A DNA stretch of 64,000 bases from Mobula hypostoma (taxonomy: Eukaryota). This document shows, piece by piece, positions 1 through 9,760 of the stretch. A model generated the notes under the pieces. The model was not told where the DNA came from. It ran no database searches and saw only the letters and a list, made by a program, of their open reading frames with translations. Positions within the stretch are counted from its first letter, which is position 1. Every line of letters starts with the position of its first letter. Location of the stretch: the NCBI RefSeq assembly GCF_963921235.1, contig NC_086097.1, positions 118,856,001 to 118,920,000 of the forward strand. The letters are read 5' to 3'. The position numbers were made by a program, and so were the translations under genes.

Positions 1-284
1 GATTATGACTAATGAGAGAGGTTGTTTAAAATCATGAAACATCTCCTGTCCATCGCTGATGATGCAAGTCTCAAGGTTACCACATATTGTACTGTGGTAA
101 TAACTTTTACTTCCACTTTAAAAACAATCGCTGTCATTGGAAAGACAGCGTATGGGGAATGTTGGCCTGTCCAACCGAGCTGCAAATGGGGGAAGATGAA
201 TTTGGGCAGATGAGAGAGGGAATAAACAATGCCATATCTGTGAACTGCAGAACACAGCAGCTGCTGGATTTATAAAACTAAAAA

Positions 285-460
285 AAGACTGCTAGAAATA
301 CTCAGCAATTCAGGCAGAAAGGGGAAAAAAGAACAGTCAGTGCCCTTACATCAAAAGTGTCTGGTTCTAACTCAGTTCTGGAAAAATGTCATTGACCTGA
401 ATCCTTTACTCTTAATCTCTCTGACAGGCACAGAGTATATCCAGAATTTTGTGTTTCTAT
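285..460. mobile_element. Old fold-back PLE pLTR-derived mini-element
   Basis: gctagaaatactcagc...caggcag on the left is roughly inverse to ...gagtatatccagaattttgtgttt on the right. A decayed hammerhead-like segment (cagttctgga...gtcattgacctgaatcc) lies between them. It resembles the pLTRs elsewhere in the window. Confidence 0.45.
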
Positions 461-799
461 TGCCAAATAAAAATAGATGGGTTCCTATATAGATTTGTAC
501 GACCACCAGACTCTCTTCATGATTAAAGCTATCTCACCACCATTTCCCCATTGCTGTCAAAGTATGTTAATTTCTTCTTTAGTTTATTGACTGATGTTTA
601 AAAGGTTCCTTACAGGTGTTTGCAGTATGACTGGAAAGCACCCTATTGTAAAAATTTTTCCCCTCTATGTGAATGATGGTTAGAAGAGACTGCACGCACA
701 CCTGCAACAAGACACACACGTGACTGAGGGAGGTAAAAGTCTGCAATTTCACACTCTGCTGTTGGACCAAGATGCAGGGCAAAAGCTGGAAATAATGGA

Positions 800-916
800 A
801 AGTCACACATGAAATGCTGCAGGAAGTCAGCGGGTAAGGCAGCATTTATAGTGGGAAAAGGATTGTCAACTTTTTGGATTGGGATCTTTCACCTGGACTG
901 AAAGGTGGAAGGGAGA
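800..916 (-). mobile_element. PLE pLTR fragment (decayed)
   Basis: aaatgctgcaggaagtcagcgggtaaggcagcat...gtcaac...ggact aligns by eye to the pLTR at 17203-17300. Confidence 0.6.
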
Positions 917-1129
917 TTTGCATTTTGCAATTCCTTACGATACAGATGAATATTTTTACACTGTGTCACGTTAGCTGGAATGCTTTGCTACTCATTAATT
1001 GAGTCTCCATGTGAAAGAACAACTCAGGAAAGCAGCAACCATCATAAAGGACCCCCACCATTCAGGCCAAGCTTACTTTTCACTACTATATCTGGCAGGA
1101 ATTGCAGAGGTTCCACACCACCACCAGTT

Positions 1130-1245
1130 GTTTGACAATTTTTATTGATGCATAATTTTTTATATATTATTTTGTATTTCCTTATTTTCCTGTAAATGCC
1201 TGCAAGAAAACGAATCTCAAGGTAGAACCTCAAACTTTACAACTT
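1130..1245 (+). mobile_element. LINE/SINE 3' tail (family ending cctgcaagaaaatgaatctcaaggt...tttgaacttt)
   Basis: The same motif recurs at 3165-3430, 27170-27450, 27830-28170 and 34415-34700. Confidence 0.55.
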
Positions 1246-1449
1246 TCTTCTTTGGTGTTTAAGCTTTCATTATTTTCAAATATTGATTGAACTCTATCCA
1301 TCAATACATGCTAAATGGTGTCAGCTAGGCACATGCAAATTGCATCAGAGCCTGTGTTCCGCCCCTGTGTGTCCAGAATGGTTTTTACTTTGGATAGCGA
1401 GGAGGATACAAAAGGCTCCCAAAGTGAAATAACATTTTTGATGAATAAA

Positions 1450-1596
1450 ATAGTCCCGATGAAGTGATGAAGTGTCCTTGCCCAAGACATCAACCGTTTA
1501 TTCTCCTTCCCAGATACTGCTTGACCTGCTCTGTTCCTCCAGCATTTTGTGTGTGTTGCTTTGGATTTTTAGCATCTGCGAAATCTCTTGTGTTTA
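1450..1596 (+). mobile_element. PLE pLTR fragment
   Basis: agtcccgatgaag...cagatactgcttgacctgctctgttcctccagcattttgtgtgtgttgctttggatttttagcatctgc matches the pLTR 3' arm at 7750-7848. The hammerhead core is decayed. Confidence 0.7.
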
Positions 1597-1920
1597 TAAC
1601 ATGGTGAGTAATTGCCACACTTGTGGTTACCCCTTTTCAATAACTACCGACAGCACAGGTTGCATCAAGTGCTTTCAGAAGATCTGCACAGTAAGAGGAA
1701 GTATTTCAAAGGAGACTCATTAGCCTTCGCCTGGGCAGAATCTAACGTTGTGCATCCCATAAAGAATTGCTAGGAGTGTTGAAGGTCACATTGGTGATGC
1801 AGCTTTCTTCTCGTATCTGTCAACTTTCCAATCACACTTCATGAAATGGTAAAACTGTGAATTAAACTAGTCCGGGTTTCATCTTGCAACAGTGAGAGTT
1901 TCCTAATCTGTCCTGTACAA

Positions 1921-2238
1921 TTAGATTAGTTTTATTTGTCACATGTACGTCAAAATATACAGTAAATTGTGCCAATTGCAGCAGATCAAATCAGCGAGAA
2001 CTGTGCTTGGCAGCCCACAGGTGTCGCCATGCCTACGGCGCAACTATAGCACGTCCACAGCTTACTAGCCATAACCTGTATGTCTTTCGAACATGGGAGG
2101 AGACTGGAGCACCTAGCCAAAACCCTTGTTATTGCAGAGAAGACATACAAACTCCTTACAGACAGTGATGGGAATCGAACCCTGATCTTATGGTTAGCAC
2201 TGTAATAGCATTACATTAACTGCTACACAACTGTGCCA
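1921..2238 (-). mobile_element. tRNA-derived V-SINE (HE1-like)
   Basis: On the minus strand: B box GGTTCGATTCC (about 2171-2181), V-domain-like gtgctccagtctcctccca, and tail acatgtgacaaataaaactaatctaa. Confidence 0.75.
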
Positions 2239-2837
2239 TCCTTCCAAGGCCTAAATTAGGCTTTATATGAATCCAAAGCTTCAAGAAATCCCTTTTAAAC
2301 CCACTTAGTTTCCCTTGTTCTCCTATTATTCATTTTTGTTTTTGTCAGAAACGAAGTTCACCTCAATGAGGTGCAATTTCCCACAATGTTATTTCTCTCT
2401 TAGAGCCTTCTGCTCCCTCCTCCCTGTAATTACAGCAGTATGTCAAAGTAAAGGTAAAATTGACAATCAGAATGATGCTGCAGCTAAAAACAATCAGCTG
2501 GAAAGGGATCAGTTACTGTGTGGGAGTGGAGAGTACTTTTCTAATGGTAAATATCCTAGCAGTGTTATTTAATACAGGAGGTCTCTTATTTCCTTGATAC
2601 TGCTGAAGAATTAATTTCCCTTTATGCCTTTCACTGTCTTCACTAATGATCACTGTAGACCACCACATTAGAACTCAAAGCCAGAAAACAGAACTCTTGC
2701 ATTAAAACACCAAGAGCGCAGTTCCTACAGTGAAAGAAAATCTATGATAAAGAATGTCTGTGCCTTTTGAATGAAAGAACCTCACCCAAGGCCCATTTCC
2801 CTGCAGATCATGCATGGCTTTTCAACATAAATTAAGA

Positions 2838-3058
2838 CCACAAACACAAGAGCTTCTATAGATGCTGGAAATCTAGAGTAATACACACGAAATGCTGAAG
2901 GAACTCACAGGTTAGGCAGCATCTATGGAAAGAATTTAACAGTTGAAATTTTGAGCAGAGGCAGCTCATTAGGCCCAGATCGTTGACTTTTTATGCCTTT
3001 CCATAGATACTGCCTGACCTGCTGAGTTCCTCTAGCATTTTCTGCGTGTTATCCTACA
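2838..3058. mobile_element. Fold-back PLE pLTR mini-element with 9-bp TSD
   Basis: Two inverted pLTR arms (aatgctgaaggaactca...ggcagcatctatggaaag / ctttccatagatactgcc...tgagttcctctagcattt). TSD aaattaaga at 2829-2837 and 3059-3067. Confidence 0.8.
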
Positions 3059-3164
3059 AAATTAAGATCTTCCTAAACATTTCTACCTTTAGCACCCTTC
3101 CAGGGAGTGAAGTCAGTGCCCTTTCTGCCTTGGAGTGACAAAATATTTCATTTCCCTTTGAGTA

Positions 3165-3435
3165 GTTCAAAGTTCAAAAGCTTAGACTAAATTTATTATC
3201 AAAGTATTAATATATCACCATATGCTACATTGTGATTCATAATCTTGTAGACATTTACAGAGAAATCAAGAAATATAATAGACTTTATGAAAAAATTATA
3301 CATGATGCTTGACAAGCAAAAAAGACAAAATCATGCAAATAATAAAAAGTAAATTACAGTATAGTACTATGAATAAGAGTTGTAGATTTCTTAAAAGTCT
3401 AGAGGTTGTGGAGTCAGTTCAGTGTGACGTGTGTG
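3165..3435 (-). mobile_element. LINE 3' tail fragment
   Basis: gttcaaagttcaaa...aaatttattatcaaagta...gattcat; same family as 34415-34700. Confidence 0.6.
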
Positions 3436-4247
3436 AAGTTTCTACCAAATACTTTAATTCTAAACTCCTGATTGTTAAGCTCGTTCTAAAGGAAATTGAT
3501 CTTGTGGACAAGACTCCAAAGACAAGGACACCAGTTGTCTTCAGGGGAATTACACACCCTTTCTCCACACACTCTGGTACAGTCAGTAAATGAATTGGTC
3601 TAGATTCTGAATCTCAGAGTTCCAGGAAAGCAGCAGAAAATAATATTACATGTCTTGCCAATTTGCAATTGTATTTTTATTTTGAGAAGTGTTGATTCTC
3701 ATCAAAGTACTGTGCAGCATTTGCTGACTTCTCTTCATAACTATGTCCAGTTTCCCTTCCTCTAATTATCAGACTGATTCATATAAGACTTTAAGATGCT
3801 CAAACTCAGCAAATGCATTATTACACTGAAATTTATAGTAGAACATATGGTGTCTCATTCTCCAGTCAGCGGTTCTGATAATACCCATGATTAGATTTGC
3901 AGCCCAAGATTATTAATGACAACAGTAGCAGTACAAAGTTGTTGTTTATTCCTGGACACTCACTCTGAGGAGGTAATACAGAATTTAGGTTCAAATTTAA
4001 TTAACAGGCCACAGCTATAATCTCAACTAAATGAATGATGTTTATGCAATCTCAGCAATTAACACAAGGAAATATATGAGACTCAGCAACATCTCATTAT
4101 TCCCCAGCTGCTCAATGCTTGCACAATCCAATTCTGCTTTTGCAATACTATTTATATGGTAAAAAGTTATTTGCATCATTCAAAAGTAAACACAGCTTGA
4201 GAAAATATATAAGAAAATTGATAGCAAGAGAATAATAAAGGAATGAA

Positions 4248-4528
4248 ACTAGGACTAGAGTTCATGGGTTAAGGGTGAAAGATGAAATGTTTAAGGGGAA
4301 CATGGATGGAACTTCTTCACTCAGGGGGTAGTAGAGTGTAGAACAGGCTGCCAGCTGCTTTGATCTCAAAACTTAAAAAAGGTTTGGCTAAGTACATGGA
4401 TGGAAGGGGAGGGGTATGGAAGATTATGGTCCAGGTGCAGCTCAGTGAGGCTTGGTAGGATAATAACTTGACGTAGAGAAGATGGGCCAGGGGCCCTGTT
4501 TCTGTGATATAGTGCTCTACGATTCTAG
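4248..4528 (+). mobile_element. CR1 LINE 3' end
   Basis: aggactagag...tttaaggggaacat...acttcttcactcag (RGNFFTQR region) followed by the CR1-type 3' UTR gatgggcc...cctgtttctgtg...ctctacgattcta. Confidence 0.75.
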
Positions 4529-5756
4529 TGATAAGTAACTGTTGCTAAATAAAGCATTAATTTAAATAAACAGTGGTCTGTATCAGTTTAAAATGGCAAT
4601 TAAAATATTATTCTATTTTGTTGTTTGCTTTTGACTACACACCAACAATATTAATGTAAGGAAACAAAATTTCATTTATTATTGTTAATACTTTTTTCTC
4701 ATTTGAAAATCTTCCTCGGTTTACAAATTAATTCAGATTCAGGTTTAAATTTGTTTTTCACATGTACGTCAAAGACACATTGAGATGTGCCATTTGTGTT
4801 AACAAGCAACACAACCAAACAATGTGATGGGGGCTGATCATAATTGTCGTCACACATTCTGACATACCCACAGTGTTGACCAAGTTTCATATCTCAGCAA
4901 CCCACGGGGAAATAATGTTTGAAAACAATTTGCGGTCTGAAATGTATGCAGTAGAAGTTAGCAGTGCAGAGACACAAATATGATTGATTTCATGAATACA
5001 TCAACCAAAGGGGTGACTAAAGCACACAAAATGATGTGCATTCATTTAAAACTGTCTGCCTGCCAAACCTCTGTGTTCAAGCTATTAAAATGATTTGCAA
5101 CTCAACATGTTAGGTATCAGCCAGTGTGTGGATTTGCCTCACAGAAGCTTTGACATGGAATCATTGCAAGAGTAAAATTACTCATCAAATTGCTGATTAA
5201 ATCAGATATATTCCCATCCAAACACCTCTGTGGTAACCACCAAATATTAAACAAAATATTTTCAGACATGGTAGTGGACGATATTTTAAGTTCTTCAGAC
5301 TATGTCATTCAGGGACTTGAGCTAATATTATTTTGTGACTTTTATATGCTGGATGGTGACTATATGTGCTCTGAGTGACTATGCAGATTGTGTTTTACAC
5401 CTTGGCCCCAGAGGAACGATGTTTCCTTTAGATGTATACATGTATATGGTTGAATGACAATAAACTTGAAGTTAATCAATTTATGGATGCAACAAAAAGC
5501 CAGGATTGATGATATAAAGTGAGGTTGCATCAATTAATTTTCACGGGAGCAATTTTTGGTGTTAAAATTGTCGTTTTTTAATGAATGAACTGATGTAACG
5601 AGAGGCCATGTTTCTGGATTCAACTTGCCTTTGGAGATCCATAGTTGAGAGCCATACTTGCTGACTGGACTAAGAGCTGTCCTTATCTTCTTCAGTGGTT
5701 TCCCTGGTCTCATTGCTATGAATTGGCCAATAATGTCTCTGTCACTTTAAGCCATT

Positions 5757-6810
5757 TCAGGTGATATCTCTAGACCAGTTGGTCTGCTGACAGAACTCTC
5801 TGCTCCACTTCTTATTCTGGGAACAGTGGAGGATGATACCCAAATTTGCATTCAAAAGCAAACAAATGCTGCAATGTGTTGTGCGCTTTTTGTAATCGAT
5901 CCTTACCACAAACAAATGGTTGGATCCCTCCAACCAGTGCCTCCACTTCTCCAGTGCCAGTCTCAGTAGAAGAAACATGTCTTGAATAGAAGGCACAGAA
6001 GTGCAGTTTGTGGTCTGTGGCAGGTCGTTAGGACAAGATGGTCCCAACACCCATGTCTGATGTGTTGACCTGCACCACAAAAGGTAAGTCCAAGTCTGGT
6101 GGAGCTAGAATAGATGACGGACATGAACTTTTGTTTTAACTCCACAAAAGCCTTCTAAGCTTCCAGAGACCAGATGAAGGGCCTAGTAGATTTGGTGAGC
6201 GGTGCTGCCATTGAACTGGAACTGTGGATGAACCACCTGTAAATATTGGCAAAGCCTAGAAACTGCTGGAGTTGTTTCAGGGAGGTGGATTGCAGCAAAT
6301 TCTGCACGTCCTGGGTCTTATTGGGGTCCATTTGTAGGTTGCCATTTGATACTACAAACACAAGGAAGGAGACTGTGGATTTCGCTCTTCTCCAGTTTGA
6401 CGAATAATTGATTCTCAAGAAGCCATTGTAAAATTTATTGGAAGTGCTGGATGTGTTTGTGAATGGACTGGGAGAAAATGAGTATATCATCTAGGTAGAC
6501 AAAGACAAAATGGTGTAGCATCTCCTGGAGCTCATCATTGATGTAGGCTTGAAATACCGCTGGAGTGTTGCCAACCTGAAAGGCACATCCCAGTACTTGT
6601 AGTGGCCCATAGCCCATAGGTGTGCTAAATGCCAGTTTCCATTTGTCTCCCTCATGAATGCAAATTAGGTTGTAGGTGCAACAGAGGTCCAATTTGGTAA
6701 ATGTTGGGCCTTGCAGTATCTCAAAGGCTGTATTCATGAGAGAGAGGGTACACTTTTTAACAATGATCTTAGTTACCCCCCTATAGTCTATGATGTGCCT
6801 TGGTCCACCA
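5757..6810 (-). pseudogene. pol: Ty3/Gypsy LTR-retrotransposon pol remnant (RT-RNase H)
   Basis: ORF pieces read IDYRGV, FTKLDL, DKWKLAFST, VFVYLDDILIFS, LQQFLGFANIYRWFI and ALEKWRHWLEG, with frameshifts. Confidence 0.9.
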
Positions 6811-6991
6811 TCTTTCTGCAGATGTTGAAAATCCAGAACAACACACACAAAGTGCTGGAGGAACTCAGCAGGATACGTAGCGTCGATGGAGAGGATAAAC
6901 AGTTGATGTTCGCGCTGAAGCCCTTCATGAGGAATGCAAAGGAAGGGAGGATAAGAGGTGGGGAGAGAGGAAAGAATACAAGTTGGAAGGT

Positions 6992-7848
6992 AGCATCTCT
7001 AGGAAGATGTACAGTTGATGTTTCAGGCCGAGACCCTAAAAAAATGGTGAAAATAAAGCGGTGTGGGCCAGGGAACTTAAAATCATCGAAAAGTTTAAGA
7101 GCATGAGAAGGGTCACGAACATAGGTCGGAAGGGATTGAACAAGGGGGGATAAAACCGTGTCGAGGTATGCAGAAACGAGTTCGGTGGGGCAGGAGCAAG
7201 CTGAGACAATAGGTCTGCCAGGACAGGCAGGTTTGTGGATCTTGGGTAGGAGGTAGAAACGGGAAGTGCGGGGTGTGGGAACTATAAGGTTGGTAGCAGT
7301 GGATGGGAGATCCCCTGAGCGGATAAAGTCGATAATGGTGTGGGAGACAATGGCCTGGTGCTCCTTAGTGGGGTTACGATCGAGGGGTAAATAAGAGGAG
7401 GTATCCGCAAGTTGTCGCTGTGCCTCAGCAAGGTAGAGGTCAGTACGCCAGACTACAACAGCACCCCCCCCCTTATCGGCTGGTTTAATAATAAGGTTAG
7501 GATTAGTGCGGAGGGAGTGGTTAACAGAACGTTCCGAAGGAGTGAGGTTGGAATGGGTTAAAAAAAATGGTGAAAATAAAGCGGTGGGGGTCAGGGAACT
7601 TAAAATCATCGAAAAGTTTAAGAGCGTGAGAAGAGTCTTAAAAAAATGGTGAAAATAAAGTGGTGGGGGCCAGTTAAAAAAAATGGTGAAAATAAAGCAG
7701 TGGGGGCCAGACGAAGGTCCTGACGAAGGGTCTCGGCCTGAAATGTTGACTGTACCTCTTCCTCGAGATGCTGCTTGGCCTGCTGCATTCACCAGCAACT
7801 TTGATGTGTGTTGCTTGAATTTCCAGCATCTGCAGAATTCCTGTTGTT
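6992..7848. mobile_element. Rearranged PLE insertion: inverted pLTR arms, RT N-terminal coding segment and four re-start copies
   Basis: 15-bp TSD tacaagttggaaggt at 6977-6991 and 7849-7863. The minus-strand peptide IIKPADKG...FYLLPKIHKPACPGRPIVS...PTYVRD is PLE RT N-terminal sequence (about 7045-7557). 6992-7037 is the inverse of 7727-7772. Confidence 0.9.
7717..7750 (+). ncRNA. Minimal type-I hammerhead ribozyme motif (CpG-decayed stem III)
   Basis: gtc-CTGACGA-agggtctcggcct-GAAA-tgtt-gac. Confidence 0.7.
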
Positions 7849-8827
7849 TACAAGTTGGAAGGTGATAGGTCAAACCAGAAGAAGGGGAGAGTATGTGGTT
7901 GGGTGAGGGGGATAAAGTGAGAAGCAAAGAAATGATAGGTAGAAGAGGTAAAGGTCTGAAGAAGAAGGAATTTGACAGAAAGGACAGCGGACCATGGGAG
8001 AAAGGGGAGGAGGAGCACCAGATGCAGATAATCAACGGACAAGAAACAGAGAAGTAATAAGAGGGCAGCCAGAATGGGCAATGGAAAAAGTGAAGTGGGG
8101 GGGACAAGGCCATTTCTGTAAGTTAGAGAAATTGATGTTCATGCCATCAGGTTGGAGGATATCCAGATGGATTATGAGGTGTTGCTCCTCCAACATGAGA
8201 GTGGTCTCATCATGACTATAGAGGAGACTATGGATTGACATGTTGTAATAGGAATGGGAAGTCGAATTAAAATGAGTGGCCACAGGGAAATCTTACCTTC
8301 TGTGGTGGAGAAACCTAGGTGCTCTGCAAAGAAGTCCTCCGATCTACATTGGGTCAATTATTATTAAATTCAATTCTGCTTGCTACCCTTAAGGAGGATG
8401 TGTGAGATTCAGAGGTGTTGCAGGGAACCACTAGAGTGGTTCCAGAGATAAGGATTTTTACTGCACGTTAGGCAGGAGAAGATGGAAATATTTCCCCTGG
8501 AGGGAAAAGAAGAAGAAATTGAAAGAAGTGTACAGGATCTTGAGAAGTTTGGACAATGGGAAATAGAGAGAAACTGTTTTCAGCACTGATGGATAAAGGC
8601 TCAAGGGATGTATAATATATTTGTAGTGAAGGGGCAAGATCTGTAGGCGATATGAACATTTTTTTGTTAATGCAGAGTTTTAGATTTGGGATTCAAATTT
8701 CTAGGGGTGGGTCTTGAATGTTTAAAGACAAGAGAAACATTGATTCCATTGTCATTGGAAAATGACAGTATGTGGACTGATTGAGAGGGCTGGCATGATT
8801 GATTCTATGTGCCTTAGACTGTATGAC

Positions 8828-9362
8828 AGATGTGCTAACAGACATCTTCAGCATCTCTCTGGATAGCCCATTGTTCCCTCAGGCTTCAAGGCAGCCACCA
8901 TCATCCCGGTGCCCAAGAGGGTGTTAGTAACCTGCCTCAGCGACTACTGTCCAGTGATACTCTACTCAGCAATAATGAAATACTTTAAGCAGCTGGTTAT
9001 AGCTTACATTAAATCCAATTTTTTTGCTACATTGGATCCACTTGAATCGGTCCACTTGATGATACCACTCCATTCTGTCCTGTCCCACCTGGAAAATGGT
9101 ACTTCATCCACCAAGAAGCTGCTTATTGACTTCAGCTCGTGTTCAATCCCTCAGAAGCTGGTGGGTAAACTGTCCTCATTGGGTCTCAACAGCTCTCCCT
9201 GTAACTCTGTAATTAGATCCTGGACTTCTAGCCAGAAAGGCCACTGTCAGTCCATGTTGGCAGGAACATCTCTAGCTCCATCACACTGTTGATGCATGAC
9301 TGCTCTGCTGGATTTATTTCAAACAGAATCATCAAGTTCAGTGATGACACAACAGTGGTTGC
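8828..9362 (+). pseudogene. Rex1/Babar-like LINE RT fragment
   Basis: VPKR..CLSDYCPVIL..IMKYFKQLV..LDPL..LLIDFSS..LVGKLSSLG, then IIKFSDDTTVV. Confidence 0.75.
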
Positions 9363-9369
9363 ACCTCTG

Positions 9370-9570
9370 TAACTTTTACGTTGGCTTTGACCTCTCTTGT
9401 TAGCCATGGCTGTGTCATCTTTCCTTTAGAATACTTCTTCCCTTCTGTGATGAAAATAATCTTGACCCTTCTGAATCACGTCCTGAAATTCCAGCCAATG
9501 CTATTCTGTCATCATCCCTGCCAGTTTTCTTTCCCTATCAATTCTGGCCAACTCCTCTCTCATGCCTGTG
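9370..9570 (-). mobile_element. CR1 ORF2 fragment
   Basis: Reverse complement of the CR1 ORF2 segment seen on the plus strand at 32670-32870. Confidence 0.55.
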
Positions 9571-9760
9571 TTTGAGAAGATTATATAGCCATGAACTGAC
9601 CAATACATACATCATAAGAGTAAAAATATGAACCAAGGCAGTATGTGTATGTGATATATATATATATACTGTGTTTTGGAACCATATAACCAAATAGCAA
9701 TTACAGCATGGAAACAGGCTATCTCAGCCCTTCTAGTCCATGCCAAACTCTTACTCTCAT

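Larger units (their letters stand above)
6811..8357 (-). mobile_element. PLE (Neptune-type) 3' end: GIY-YIG C-terminus plus pLTR, interrupted by a younger PLE insertion at 6992-7848
   Basis: ORF 8032-8283 reads ATHFNSTSH...LEEQHLIIHLDILQPDGMNINF. The pLTR lies at 6811-6991 and continues at 7864-8110. Confidence 0.85.

Noticed and set aside
2315..2572. Host exon (85-aa ORF) and other short ORFs in unique DNA
   Set aside because: No recognisable protein motif or convincing splice pattern. Small host exons cannot be excluded without RNA-seq or homology searches.
6788..8113. Longest ORF (441 aa) as a real gene or domesticated RT
   Set aside because: It runs across a pyrimidine-rich pLTR, an inverted pLTR, repeated fragments and into Gypsy sequence. 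Only about 170 aa are PLE RT N-terminus and the catalytic aspartates are absent. It is a fortuitous chimeric frame.
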